DNA from: Bugula neritina
Taxonomy: Eukaryota > Animalia > Bryozoa
Length of the DNA: 64,000 nt
Direction of reading: 5' to 3'
Assembly: GCA_964035545.1 (NCBI GenBank)
Contig: OZ037766.1
Location: 6,190,722 to 6,254,721 of the forward strand
Shown here: positions 46,601 to 61,300 of the stretch, one piece after another
Layout of the letters: the number at the start of each line of letters is the position of its first letter
How positions within the stretch are numbered: the first letter of the stretch is position 1
Notes under the pieces: generated by a model
The model's database searches: none
What the model saw: only the letters and a program-made list of their open reading frames with translations
What the model was told of the DNA's origin: nothing
Made by a program: the position numbers and the translations under genes

Positions 46601-49600
46601 CAAACTTACTATGATTGGGAATCATACTATGTTAAATAAAAACCAGGGCTGGTGAAACATTTCACCAAAATTGATCTGATTTTAGACGCTACGGGAACGG
46701 GTATTCTCTTCTTCGATTTCTACCGAATTCTCATGACCTTGATGAGCATACAGCCTGACCATTCTGTGTTTTGGTTGTTTGAGAATGTGGTCCATATGAA
46801 TAAGGAAACCAAGGCTACAATTTCTCGGTTCCTTGAAGTAAGTGCTTAGGCTATGTACTCGTAATTGTGATCAAGAGCAGGCAGAAAAGAAATTTTTAAA
46901 TAAATTTTATATTTTAGCAGTCGGGTCACACGATCAATTATGCTATATGTTTCACTGAGTGCTCATATGATTGGTGCATATTTGATCTTTAAATAATATT
47001 AAAGCTCACATATCTTAAAGAAAATTTATTCAGTGGTTAAAACTTGATACCCTGAATGTGTTTGTAATGTACATGCTATAAAAGCCTGGTTTACATTGAC
47101 TGATGAAACTTGCTATCTAATTTCTTTGATTCTGTATACATGACATTCAACCACCAAGATGATGTAGTGGGTAAAAAGTTGTGATTTTTGTGTGTGGGAA
47201 CAGACATCTCTAACATATACCTAGTCTTTGCTTATATAATTAAGCAATAATTTAAACTTTAGGCACAAACATATCGAGGAAATATAGATTTTATTTACAG
47301 CCTGGGCATAATTCTCTAACAACTTTAAATGACCTTGAAATAAAAGACCGGCTATAAAAATTATGTCACATGCATGTTTGTGTGATGAATGTGAAAAGTA
47401 TATAAATAACTAGCCACATGGCTTTACAGTTTTTAAATAATATATGTAGTAAAGTGGTGTCTGGTAAGAAATATTTTAAAATATATGTTGTTGTTAATGA
47501 CGTTGAGCTGCGCGATAAGTGCAATTGTTCTAGCAAAAATACTAATATCATGTTCTACATGTTACAGTGTGAACCAGTAAAACTTGACGCTGGATATTTT
47601 TCTGCTCAGAGTAGAAACAGATACTTTTGGGGCAACATTCCTGGCATGTATGAGTAAGTTTTCCCATTTTTACTTGGTGCTGGTTGAGCCAATTTCTTAA
47701 GGAAATATTTTGCATTATTATAATTTGAGGGACAATATTAAATTGTTATTGATTACAAGACAGTTATTTGTGATTGGCAGCTATCATGGTGGTATACTGT
47801 GCATTTTTATAATATTTAGCAGCTTTGCATCCTGCTCATTGCTATTATATTGCATATTTAATTTCTGTTTTTATTTATTTTGAAGTAGGTAATAAAAGAT
47901 CCATAATTTGTGTTATTTCACAAAATCCGTTTGCATGCATTTTGTACTCATTATCGAATAAATATTTAGCATGTACAAATGTAAAAAAAATTCTTTCAGA
48001 CCAGTGGCTGAAGACATCAAAGCTCTGAGAATCACTTTGCAAGATGTGTTGTCAGAAGGCCGTGAAGCAGTAGTTCCTAAAATCAGAACTGTGACAACAC
48101 GGGGCGCCTCCTTACTGCAAGGGAGAAACGAAGACACACACGCAGTGGTGATGAATGGGCAGAGTGACAAACTGTGGCCTACTGAGCTAGAGAAGTAGGT
48201 TACTCTGCCTGCGATATATACAGAAGTAGGTTGTATTTTGTATGATTGTTGGTAAAGTGAGTTAGTTACATTGCATGGTGTTGATACGGGTGAATATGTT
48301 GAAATGTGTATCGCTTTGAAAAGGGAAAAGAGAAATGGGCAGATTGAGTTATTTAGAAGCAGCATTTTTGTTGAGTAATTAAACAAAAATAATTAATTTT
48401 ATCATCACATTAAAAAAGTAGTGAACTAAAACCTAATTAGTTTGTTGTTCTCATCTAGTTAGGTTGTAATTGCCTGTGACTGATTAATAATTAAACCAGA
48501 CTTGAAATTTCTAGAACTTGAAAGCTAAATCAAAATTTCTACATTTAATATTAAATGAGAATTTTGGGAAGTCTATGGTGTTGTTACTTTTACAGAAATT
48601 TCTCTCTGTGGGTGACATTTTCATACACTTCTAGTATTACCAGGTTAGTTTTAATTAAGCCTGTATTATGGGGTTTGGGGTTTGTATGTTGAAAAAATTG
48701 TGTATTAAAAAAATTACTCTTGTTTATGAAACAGCTAGCAATGAGATTAAAGAATTGAAATAAAGTTGATGAGTACTTGTTTTTTATTTTTAATAAATTA
48801 GTCTATTCCCGGTAGTTGGCCATTATGAGGACATAATGTAAAATAAGATTTATGTATAACCTTTTGGGCAATTTTGCTAAAACTGGTAGATTATGTTTCT
48901 TGGTTACTAACATAAGAGAACTATATTTTGTTAGTTTGTATTGCAATATTTAATTTTCATGGTTCACCGGACTAATTTTTAAGTCAAATTGGAAGATGGT
49001 TAATTGATTTTTGATGGGAATATAAATATAAATTATCCATATAACAAAAGCTGCAAATTTTTATGAAAATGTTTGATATAAAATTAATTTTTGTAGTAAC
49101 AGTGATATCTCAGTATTTTACAAGTTTTCAGATTAAGTTTGCCCTTTTAGTTGTTAGTATAAACACTTGACATTTTTTCACCCAAAAGCCAATTCTGCTG
49201 ATTATTAAATAAATAGATTTCAGGAAAATATCATCTGCCTCAAATGTCAACATCATTTTTAATAAAAACATCTAGAACTGTAGCTATTTCAACATATGCA
49301 GCAAGGACAAATGACTGGTTATATGTTTATTTCTTCTATCTATGAAACTAACATAACACTTTCTGGCTTATACGCACCATACTTATGTTTAATCTGTACT
49401 TCACCCATTTTTTAGATTAGTTCACATCAATTTTTAAAATAAAATTTTATTAAATGACAGTTTTAAGTTTGCTAATCTCATGGTTATAAAGCTGTTATTA
49501 TTTAGTTTTATGAACCTGAACGAGGAAGTTGGACCATTTACACATTAATGTTTTATTACATGATGTGCACATTTCTATTTTGAACATAATATTTGTCAAA

Positions 49601-50404
49601 CCAACATCATTGCTAAAATATTCCATAAAAGAGTAATTAATTCACTTATACATCCATAAAACACCAGATGTTAGGAACTATAATTGCTGCTTGCTGTTAG
49701 TATCTTACATCATCACCTGCAAGATGAACTCAAATTAATCTTACTCTATGCAAATTTGACTCCCTGTGGTAAAGCTTGTTACACATTAATTTGTATCTAA
49801 TGACCAGTGACACTAGGAAACCAATCTGAAAAGATTAATTAATGTGTAACATACTAAAAATTGTTCCAGAAATAACTTGGCAGGTTTTATGTGGCAAATC
49901 TTAGCAACACCAATACCAACTTTAAGGTGGACCTAGAAATTTGGGTTTTTTATCTGTTTTTGGAATGCATCTCACAATTTTTTCACATGTTCTTGATCTG
50001 CCCTTGAAGTTTTTTAGTTTTCGTGTTTAGATTAAAATTTTAAACTTGGACAGATCTTGGTAAAAAAAATTTTTGCTCTATTTATAATATTACTTGGAAC
50101 TTTTGTACATATATTTGGTTACTTAAGATTTCGTATTATTTTAGCAGCATTTTAATTTAGTAATAAAAAGCCAACTTAAAAAATAGTGGCGTCATCTTTT
50201 ATATGTTCATTTTATAGAGTTTTTGGATTTCCGGAGCACTACACCGATGTTGGAAACCTGGCTCCGGGTAAAAGGCAGAAGTTACTGGGTAGATCATGGT
50301 GTGTACCAGTCGTGGAGCATCTGCTGAAACCCTTGACCAAGCTGTTTGTTATGAAACCCTTGCCCAAGATACAATGCAGTTGTCATAAAAATAACATTCA
50401 ATAG
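28624..50404 (+). CDS. DNMT3: De novo DNA (cytosine-5)-methyltransferase 3; exons 28624-28670, 28961-29121, 30644-30788, 34000-34219, 39210-40184, 40671-40895, 41426-41657, 42186-42350, 42724-42860, 43921-44033, 45122-45308, 45653-45859, 46295-46385, 46686-46837, 47568-47653, 48000-48193, 50218-50404
   Basis: PWWP (GRIVWGKL...PWPG...[11 protein letters not shown]), ADD ([44 protein letters not shown]) and MTase motifs ([59 protein letters not shown]). All junctions are GT-AG and in phase. The four 5'-most exons are supported by phase continuity only. Confidence 0.95.
34235..34386. mobile_element. ~155-bp MITE with TA flanks (Tc1/mariner-type), copy 1
   Basis: TA|GGTGCAATAATAGCGGAGAAATT...AATTTCTCAATTGCTTCACC|TA. 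The interior matches the reverse complement of 36661-36817. Confidence 0.7.
36661..36817. mobile_element. ~155-bp MITE, copy 2 (inverted relative to copy 1); fragments also near 35004, 38381 and 42568
   Basis: TIRs are AGGTGCAGTAATGGAAAAA and TTTTCTCCATTACTGCACCT. Confidence 0.75.
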
Positions 50405-50959
50405 CTTATTTGAAGCTCGCTTAGTTTACTGACTTTTACAAAAATAACCGCAAAAACAAGAAGTTCTTGTGTAACTGTACAGAACAAGAATTTATACTAA
50501 TACTTGCATGTAAAAATTAGAATTTAATTTTATGGTTCTGTTATTATCTCTTACTGTATTCACTCCACTGCATTTTTCTTGTAGCTTTAAAAACCTCAGA
50601 CTATGCAATTATTTTGTCTCTCTCACTCAGGTTAACCCCTTTATTTGTTATAGATTTATCAAGTATTCAGTCATTATGCACACCTTATTTTTGTAGCACT
50701 GTGAAGGCAGAATAGCAGACACATTCTAGTTTTTTCATTTATTTTCACCTCAAAATTTGTTGTAGATATTTTAAGCTGTGAAGCCACGAATTCTAGATAT
50801 GTAGTAGTAATCACCAAGTTGAAAGTTTTTTAGCCTAACATAGCACTTCAAAATGTTGGTTTTAGTTGCAATTGTTCAAAGCATTCTTACAATACAGTCC
50901 CTTTTATGCCAATATCAAAGTTATTGTAAAATTTAAATAGTAAACAGAGCATAGCACAG

Positions 50960-51430
50960 GTATTGCATAAGTACACGAAGTAGATAGTGTGTAAGTACAT
51001 ATAATAGATAGTGTGGAAGTACATATAAGGTAGTTTGCGAAGACCTATAATAAGAATACTGTAAAATGTTGTATAGGCACATAGAATAGATAGTTTGTGT
51101 GTACATATAATAGAGTGTATGTACATATAAGGTAGTTTGCGAAGACCTATAATAAGAATACAGTAAGATGTTGTATAGGTACATATAATAGATTGTGCAT
51201 GGAACACATAATAGAGGGTGCATAGAACATATAATATATTGTGCATAGAACATAGAATAGATGGTGCATAGAACATATAATAGATTGTGCATAGAACATA
51301 AAATAAAGTGTGCATAGAACATAAAATAGATGGTGCATAGAACATATAATAGATTGTGCATAGAACATAAGATGGTGCATAGAACATAAAATAGATGGTG
51401 CATAGAACATAAAATAGATGGTGCATAGAA
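50960..51430. repeat. ~25-bp minisatellite (GTGCATAGAACATAAAATAGATG-like) plus a ~102-bp duplication, between the convergent DNMT3 and CCDC171 3' ends
   Basis: Repeated CATAGAACATA units at 51190-51430. GTACATATAAGGTAGTTTGCGAAGACC occurs at 51019 and 51121. Confidence 0.9.
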
Positions 51431-52379
51431 TATCAAAAAGACAGTGATTAGAGTTACACAACTATTTATTCTATCATTAAATATAAGAAATATTTCCAGT
51501 ACAACATGTTAGTTAAGTAGACTGATCAAGTAGAATGCAAAATTTATTTTAGGATAATCAAAGTTATGTAATAGTAGTAAATACACTATATAATTGTAAA
51601 TAGTTGTGGACACAAAACACAAATGCATGTTGCATGCTACAGAAAGTGAAGTAGTTAAAACTAAATAGAATACAACATATGGAAGCCATGTTAATATCAG
51701 AGTGCCAGAGTTAGTAGAGTAGAGTAGAGCCTCTTTGTAAAGTAAGTAGAAGCCTGGAGAGCTTTTGGACATGACAGCTAGGATCAAGTGACATATGGCA
51801 GCTAGGATCAAGTGACACATGGGGGAGTCCATCCCTTGTCATAACTGCTAAGTAGTTACAAAATGAGTGATACATTTGTTTGATTTGTCATAACACCGAG
51901 ATACAATTCTCACAAAACCTGAGGTATGACAGTTTTTTTCTAAAAGGGTGGCTTACCTTTGTTTTTGTAGTTATCTTCTCATTTATCTACGTACATTTCC
52001 TTCCATTAGCAAACGGGGTGAATGCCTTCCTCTACTGGAATAATAAATCAATAAATAAACAGAGCTGAAATCAATCGTGTTTTGAGTAGATAATCACCAC
52101 AGTCACTCTTAAGGCTAAGTTGAACGCTAGCAGCTGGGAACCTCACAATATCATCATTTCTACCAAAGCAAATCATCAGAAAGTAAAAATGGGTCTGCAG
52201 CTATAAATGGACTTTCATCCAAAAGTATGCACTTGCTTGTAATAAAAATAATGTATTTTTAAATATTCACAGAGTTTCATTGCCTATACCGATGTCAGAT
52301 AACATCATGCCTGCATAAGGAGATAACTCCTAAAGCTGGTGAAAGTAGCTTAGGCATACAAAGACTAACTATTATAAGA

Positions 52380-55300
52380 TCATGACGTGTACCTCGGTGA
52401 GAGTTTAGATAACTTTGTAGGATATGCAGAGGAGTTGTCTGAGTGCAGTTGTTTAATTTCCTGTGTAGCCTGAGAAGAAAGTCTCATGTCTAACGTGGCG
52501 GGGGAGTGTCGCACAGAGAGAGGGTTACCAGAAGACATCTTCAGAGGAGACATGCTACTGTATCCAGAAGATGGATGGTATTCCTGCGAAGACACATTGC
52601 TTCACCGTGATGAATTGACATCAACACACAATACTTATATGTGTTATATAGCAGATAATAATTTACAAGGTTGTAGCCTACAATCATTGTAACAACATAC
52701 AAACGATAATAGGGGAGAACAAATAATGTTGCTTCAAAAGTAGCTTTATAGTGAAAATGCCTACCTGGCTGTTACGGTGTTGATTAGAACAAACGAGGGA
52801 CAACTCCTGCTTTAACCTCGACGTTTCGTGTAATTGCTCTGTTGTTACAGTATTGAGTGCTGCAATTTTGGCTTGCAGAGTTGTGTAGGCATTGACAAAC
52901 TCGTGAGCTAACTTTTGTACAGAAAGTAAATGTGGTGAAGAGTGTCCAGGGGGATTTAACTCCCCTGATAACATTACTCGTGAAATATCGGCTTTGCCTG
53001 TCTTATCTTCTCTGCACTACAAACACGTAATGCTGTATGAGAACTAAAGTAACAACATGGCAGACGCAGGCAATCCGAAACTAATTATTGTCTGTGCGAA
53101 TTCCGATAGCAAAAACTGAATGAACAGACGCATTACTTGTGATGTCCATCGGCTATAAAGTACCTTTCATAAATTTGTGAGTGAAAACTGAGCAAATAGT
53201 TTCAAAATATCAGCCATTTATTTGTTATGTATGCAGGTAAATGACTACAGCCAACTTCTACAAAAACGTCAAATTTTTAATTTTTTAACTTGCATGTGGC
53301 AAGTGTAAAACATGGTGTAGTATTAGAACCTACATCTATAAAAAAAACATTAAAAGCCGCAGCAGAATTTTAGTGCATCAGTTTTAAAGCATTTCATTAC
53401 AAAACCTAAAATATGTGCAGGTTTTAAAAGTCTTGATTTAGCTTTTAATTAAAAACGATAATTTTTTATGACTTCACAAAATAAATTTCATCTACCTTGT
53501 GTGAATTGAAACCATCATGAGTTATACTCATAAGGAGTGATATAATACATTGACTGACCTTGGTAAAAGCTGTAATCATTGTCTCAACGTAATTCAGGAG
53601 AGATTGGCGGTCATTGGCTGCTATTTTGAGAGCATTTTCTGCATCATATATATTATCACGCAGGGACTGTCTTTCACCTTCTAGAGAAGAAATTTGCCGA
53701 GAGAGACTGTTGATGTATGAGACTTTACCATCGAGTTCGTCATGCAAAGTCTACGCAAAAGAATAAAGCAAAGCGATGAACTCCATCATATATTTAATTA
53801 ATGTCATTAATTTAGAGGCAATAATCATACTTCAATTAGAAATTTTAAAAAAAAAGCAGCGCAAATAAAATTTTAAAAGTAATGCTGGTGTAATTTACCA
53901 AGCAATGCAAATCAAAAAATAATAATAAATAAAACATGTGAAAATATGTTCTATAAAAGATTTAAGCTCAAATATAAAAATAAGGTTTTGCTACGGAATA
54001 CTGAGCATATAAATGTTTACTTTCATAGCAAACTTGACCGACTGTTCATTGTGACTTCTGTCAGATGCTTCACAATCCAGCTGGCGCGTCAGCTCCTTGA
54101 CCTGCGAACTTTGGTCTGACAGCAGACGCTGACTCTGCTTTTCCCTATCCAATGCTTGGTGAAGCTCTGACATCATCTCCTCTAATCTTGTCGCAGGTAC
54201 GAGATGCTCCATCTGCAAAACAGCAAGACCTATTGGTATCTGTTTATAATTAAACTTGTACAATGACAAAATGAAAAAGAAACTGAATTAAAGTAAGATT
54301 AATTGATAACATTCAACCTGTTTCAAAGACTACTAGAGACATTTCAACAAATTTCAAATAAGCTAACTTTATGTCTATCATAAGTTTCACCAACAATAAC
54401 AATGTTAGGTTACTTCAGTTCTTTCTGTTAACCAGTTTACTCTGCCGAACTCACCTGCTGCCTGGCAGCATTCAATTGTGCCTCCAGATCCTCACAGACC
54501 CCTTGGTAATGCTGCAGTTGCTGCCGACTGTTGTTCAGGGATTCAACACTTTCTTTGAGTCGTTTTCTCTCAGACTCGCTAGAGTGAAGCTGCTGCACAA
54601 AGTTGATAACGTTTTCCTGAAGACGAGTGACCAAAGACTACAAGTAGTAGCAGGAAATAGTAACAGGAAGTAGTGACAACAGGAAGTAGTAACAACAGGA
54701 AGTAGTAACAACAGGACATAGTAACAGGAAGTAGTAGCAACATGAAGTAGTAACAACAGGAAGTAGTAACAACAGGAAGTAGTAACAACAAGAAGTAGAT
54801 GCATAATGTAAGTAACAGTAAAATGTAAATTAATTCACAGATGTAGATAAATTTCATCTGCAAAGATATGACACAAGAAAATTTAATCTAAACAAACACA
54901 ATCATAAATTTAATCAGCAAGTACAAACAGATGACAACAGTTTGATTGTTTTACTTCATAAACATAAAATTTATGAAAACATTATAAAAACAAAGAATGT
55001 GATGATGAGACCCAACGTGCTATAACATAGCTAGTCATGCGAAGTCATGTATTTGACTATTGCCACCCACCCGAGCCGGTAATACCGACAGATCATTCTC
55101 TACATGAGATTTAGCCAATGAGCTCTGTAATCCCAGAAGAAGATTCGCTGCAAGGGTTTTGCTTGAATATAAATGTTTGTAAGGAGACATCACTGCAGGT
55201 TCTTCTATCTGATAGAGAGCAGACAACTGCCTCGTTAGTTTAGAAAGACACGAGGAGACAATTGACCCGAGATATTCTGTACGGCAGGCATCTTCTACAG

Positions 55301-58300
55301 CATAAATTGTATAGTATTTAGTATACTACAGTATATCACAGTATATCACAGTATATCACAGTATATCACAGTATATCACAGGATTTAGTATACTACACTA
55401 TTTAGTATACTTGGTATATCTCAATTTGTTAATGCAGTCAGAAGTTACCTCCACTTGTCTGCATAGCATCTAAGATGTCTCTAGTACAGAGACTAGCAAT
55501 GGACTCCAAATCGGCGTGACACATCCACTGAACAAGTTGACTGTCCGCGTTACCAGAATTCTCTAATAATATATACATACATGTACATGAGTTAATAGTG
55601 TGTGTGTGTGTGTTCGATGTGTGTGTGTGTTCGGTGTGTGTTCGGTGTGTGTGTGTGTGTTCAGTGTGTGTGTGTTCGCGAGTGGTGTGTGTGCAGTGTA
55701 TGTGTGTGTGTGTATGTGTGGTGTGGTAATAAGTTTGCTAAAAAATATAAAGATTTACTTTTTTCAAAAATATAAACAACTGCCTCAAAACTTGAATAAT
55801 CGTTGACCTTAAAGGGGACTAATTTTAACACTGTGATGAAATAGGCCCATCTTTGACAAACATACCTGTATAGTCACCTGTAGCCCAGCACAGCAGATTG
55901 CCCTGTTTTGTCCCATCATTTAAACAGATGGTAGGTTTAGTGCTGGTCTTTTGTAGCCTGTGTGCTGCTAGTACAACTAGTACAGCTTTACGGAATTTAA
56001 GGCGGGCAGAACTGGCAAGCAGAGGAGGCGGCGAAGAGCTGTGTTGTGACTCTGAGGCTAATGTCTGAAGAAGGTTGTGCACTTGAGATTTGAAAGCATC
56101 AAACCTAACAAATAGAAGACAAACTTAGGTTAACAGAAAGTACAATGAAGTAGATGTTACAAGTTGAATATCAATCAAAGATCCAAGTAGCTGTCATGTA
56201 ATCTGAGTGACACAACTAACTTTCGAGGTGGATGCAGCAAGAAAAGTGCGTTTTAGATCAAAAATAGAGCAAGAAAAAATTGCAAAAATCATGTTTTAAC
56301 TGCATTCAATTTGGGCAATCTAATAGAGAAGGCAATTCCATAGTATCCTATGCTGTCTAAATACATATTATAATAATATCATCATCATGTAAATCTACAA
56401 GTATGTCCTACTCCAGCATTGATGTTTAACCAATAATAAAAACTCACCACTAATTCTGAATATAATAAACTATATTATAATAAACTGAACACATATAGTA
56501 ATAATGCCCTTAATACGTTTGAATAAAAATATATATCAAAGATAAAAATATATAATGCAATCATCTATTCTGACCCTTTAAGTTTATCATAACAACTAAC
56601 AAGCGACATGGGATTGGCTGGCTTAAATAGTTTGAAGGCCATTGATCTATTATACTATATGTGGATATATCAAATACTAATATACATTAATATTTATAAT
56701 ATAAATATATTAAATAATTAATATACATTGTAATTTGTATAGCATACATAATATATGTTATACAAACATACATAGTTACACTCTCCATATTTCATATTGC
56801 TAGTAATAACAGCGATGATGTAACGTCAGTTCAGCTTACAGCCTTACACAAACATACTTGACACTTACTTGTCACATTGCCATGACAAAATTGAAATACT
56901 CTATTGACTATTAGTATTAGTAAACTATTAGTATTCTACTATCAGTCTATCAGTATATCCATGTTGGGATTTCCAACGAGCTGATGCATGCCGAATATAA
57001 TTTATAAATGTCTCTGTAGAAATTCTCTCTAATTCCAATAACGTTTACTGCTGTGTATATATTGTCTATAATCAATAATATTTATTAATAAATTTTATCA
57101 ATACGGCAATATGAATTTCAATATGGCCAATGGGCAATAGCGCGATATTTTATGGCGTGATTTTGGGGTTTTCAAACATCCTCAGCAAGACACGAGACTA
57201 CAAATTTTTTTTTCTAATTTAATATAAAAACATATGAAACAAAATTTTAATTTAAATTATCATTTTTCTAATTTAATTATCAAATTTTAATTACAACATG
57301 TGCGAAAACATTCATGAATTTTTTAAGCAACTCGGAGATGCTTGCATTGAAATATGACTAATATTGGGTTTTCCCATAACCCAAGATCCTAAATCCTGAA
57401 ACCCATTCAACATTGACTTCTAGATGTAATGTTCAATGCCTATATACATACATACACACATATGCACATATTTACGTACATATATGCATTCAAAGCCGAT
57501 TCATTGCTGTCTTGTTGAATTACAAGTAAAATATACTAGTAGCTTTTGCTATTATGGAGTAACAAGCTATGAATACCAGTTAGAATCCCCGTGGGGGCAA
57601 AAGTTATGTAATACTCAATTAGTATAAATACATATTATAAAAAATTGCAAAAAACACCTTTATAATCACATGATTTCTTAAAAAGAAATATTTAACAGAG
57701 TCTTAAGCAGCTACAAATAGCTCGAGGACCTATAGTTACAACTGTATTAGTATTATTACTGAATTAGCTATAAGCAGTGATTACTACAACATGACACAAA
57801 GTATACTAGTTAGTATAGCTTTGTAATTTAACATGTGTGCAAATTTTGCTAGTAAAGCTTTTTTCCCAACTTTGTATATACTAGACCACTTTAGTCAATA
57901 ACAATAAAAGGAATCGAAATGTAGAAATTAGAATGCTATAACAATCTTCCAGTATTATATACTTATAAAGTGTGCTATTGCTATTAATATTGCACGCCAT
58001 AGAATATGCCAGATGAGACCAAAGCTCTTAATGGTCACATCTCTGCCTAAATATCAATGCATTTACAACAAAAAGCACAGAAATAAACCCAAACAGGGCA
58101 TAGAAACAATAACTAACTCGATATCTAAACAAATGTATTTTGTGCCACATACCTGCTGACTTGCCGTGATAGGAGAGCTCGTTGTTCAATGAGTTGTCTG
58201 CTCCTGCTTAGCAAGGGAAAGTAACACCCAGTCACAAGAGCCAATGCACATAACAGTGACTTCTGCTTTTGCTCAAGTAGGAGTAGTTTCTCCTGTGTGG

Positions 58301-61300
58301 ATACTTTGTTACACTCTAAAGTTTGGTTGATCTCATCTGAGTCCCGTAACTTTCCCCACGCCTCCTCAGCATTCTTCTGAGACTTCTGCAAAGTTTAGAA
58401 TTTAAAAATTAGATTTGGAAATTTTTATTGATGTTAAATGAACATCTACAAGAGAATCTATTAAAGCAAATCAACTATCATCAAGCAGATTGCTCTATAT
58501 CTAAAATACTACAGAATATCTAAACTAAATTCTCAAGAATAGATTTCAATACTACTATAGTCACTAGTTGTAAAACAAAAAAATGACAATACAGTGCTTC
58601 AGATTCTTCAACAACCTAGATGACAGAAATCTACTTGTTGTTGAGTGCTTAACTGTGCTCCAAGAAGTGAAATAAAAGAATTTCTAATAAAAAAGAGAAA
58701 ATGGATGGAAATTTAATAGAAATATTAAAATCATTGGCCCAAAGGCTATGGCTAGGTGTAAATATTGGGATTTGGTGCAGATCGATAAACTCAAGTGTCT
58801 TTCCTTAAATGCTGTGAAAGAGAGACTGGTTGTGCAACTATACGTGAAAATAAATTAATCAAAACAATCAAGTGTAAAATGGGAAAAAAAGTGCATGCAG
58901 GAGAGTATGGAGTGTGAAAGTGTAATTTTATATATGTGGTGGTGTAGAGGGTTTAAAGCAACAAATTATACCTCGAGTTGGTCTTTATAGATCTATAAAT
59001 TAGAAACAACATACAATTAAATCATTACAGATAAAATAAAAGACACAAACAACTTGGAAACTAACACTTGATCAAGGTAAAGAACTTGCAAAAGAAGTAG
59101 TTTTTCTAATTGGATAAAAAATTAATTTAGAATCATTATTATATAAAAACAAAAAACATAACTAATCACCAAACTTGGTAAACTGTTAAAAACCATACAC
59201 GTTAGAATCAGCTGAATTCCAATACTTGAAAATCCTTATACAATCTGTTCTAATACACACAACTTGTTTCCAGAATACAAATATGTGACAATTATGAAAA
59301 TTATGCTCAACATTTTTTTATGAACTTATCAACATTTAAGAAGTAATGTTATATAGAAACACAACATCTCTTTAAAGGTTGATATTCAAAGTTTTACAGC
59401 AGATATTCTTCATAGATGAACAAAGAATGGGGTTCCCCACATTTAAGTGATATAGCAATATACGAGCACTGGAGCCTAAGGCTATGACATCACATGACAC
59501 GAGGATGCCTTGAGAAGGCCCAGTACCTGCTGCCTAGCCAGATTCTCGTTCATCATGTTGGTATAGTGTTGCTCCAGCCTATCTCTCTCCTCTCTCCACT
59601 GCTCGCTGTTTCTCTCAATAGCAGCTGCCAGCTCAGTATTCAAATCACTGATACTGTGATCATGTTCCTGTCTCATGTTCTCCATGTATGACTCATTCTT
59701 AGTCAGCGTGCTGCTTAGCCTGGCCACCTGGAGATTGCAATGAACAATACAATATGTGCTGAGAAGTTGGTTGTGTAATATACAATGTATTTCTTATATT
59801 CAACTTTATATGTCATCAGTTGTAAAAGTAACACGTTTAAATCTATATTACAATGCGAGGCTAAATTAGACGGGTTTTCCACTTGCCAGCCCAAATGTGG
59901 GAAAATCCACTGTGATGAACGACCACCATACACAGTGTATTGACGGCAGGAGTGAAAATTTACTAGCAAATGAGATTGGCATTCAATTTTACTGTTTGCC
60001 TACATCATTGTGTTTCTATAGCTATATCATCTGCTTCGTAATGAGAAGATGTCGTCAATATAAACATAGAAAGTGAAAAAACATAGTCGCTAGAAAGTTA
60101 AACATGAATTTGAAATTTGAAGTGTGCTCAATAAATGGCAACCTGCTCATTAGATCAAATTCATACAAAATTCCGCCCTGGCCATTAACCATTTTGCCAG
60201 CATAAAATCTACCTAAAATATGCACACAACAGCTCATTTTTGGCCTGTAAGGATTTTCCTCGCTAGCTCAGTGGGGATGGGGGATCCACTTTGTGCGACC
60301 CAATGCTAACATATGTGCTTTAACCGAGTCTCACCTTTTCCCGAAGATGAGTAATTTCTGTGAGGAGAGAAGACAACCTCTCTGAAACGGTGGTACACAA
60401 CTCACTCCACGTGAGTTTCTTCTGACTAGGTATCTGACCTTGAATGATAGACGTAAGGTCAAGTTCGGACGTAAGCAGGTTGTAAATATGTTGAAGGTAG
60501 AGCCACTTCTCATCACTATCTTTATCATATCTTGCTTTCGCATGAACCAGCTGAAAAGATTATTACAGAGCTCTAGACACAACATTTGGGTACAGAACTG
60601 TAACAACAATTGTAACTTGAGAAATTGTCCTTCCTTAAAAGAGTGTCGAAATAAAGAACATTGAACAATAAAACTAGATATTATACCTTTCGCTAAAAAC
60701 TGGAGTAAAAATATGATCAGAAAGAGGAGCATTAACTATACTCTATCTACAATATTATAATCTATTTTGCTCTGTGTTTTGAAAAGGAGCTGAATCAATC
60801 CGACACATGTATGTAAATACTGACTCTGAATCTTTGCATTTAAAATAGGGTTTGAAACCTGTAAAAATTGTTAAATTGACAAAACTTACTAAGTTTCCTT
60901 ACTCCAACACTATATGGCTATATCGTTTAGTTTAGAACTACAGTATACAAAGAAAATTATAAATTTACTACAGTCTAGCTAACAGTTTATTTACCTCTTG
61001 ATTCAGAGAGTGGCACTGAGATTGTAGAGTCTGATTATGCACTCGAGCTGTCTCCAAGTCAACTGTCATGGTGGCACGCTTGGCTTCTACCTCGCTTGAG
61101 TCGAGAGAGACTTTCTCCATCTCCCTAGTCACTTCTGATAACTTTGCTTGACACTCCTATAAGCAACATTATCACCATGAGGTGTACATAAGTACAGTCT
61201 CGACCTGCTACGAACATCAAGTTATAAAATACATACAAACTACAACGACTTACATCATAAGCTTGTTCCTTTTTGTATAACATCTCCTTATAGGATGCTG

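Noticed and set aside
50887-51461. Three overlapping Cys/Tyr-rich ORFs
   Set aside because: Translations of the ~25-bp minisatellite.
59850-60310. Possible transposon remnant in a CCDC171 intron (GGAAAATCC / GGATTTTCC)
   Set aside because: The inverted match is too short, and no TSD or second copy is visible.
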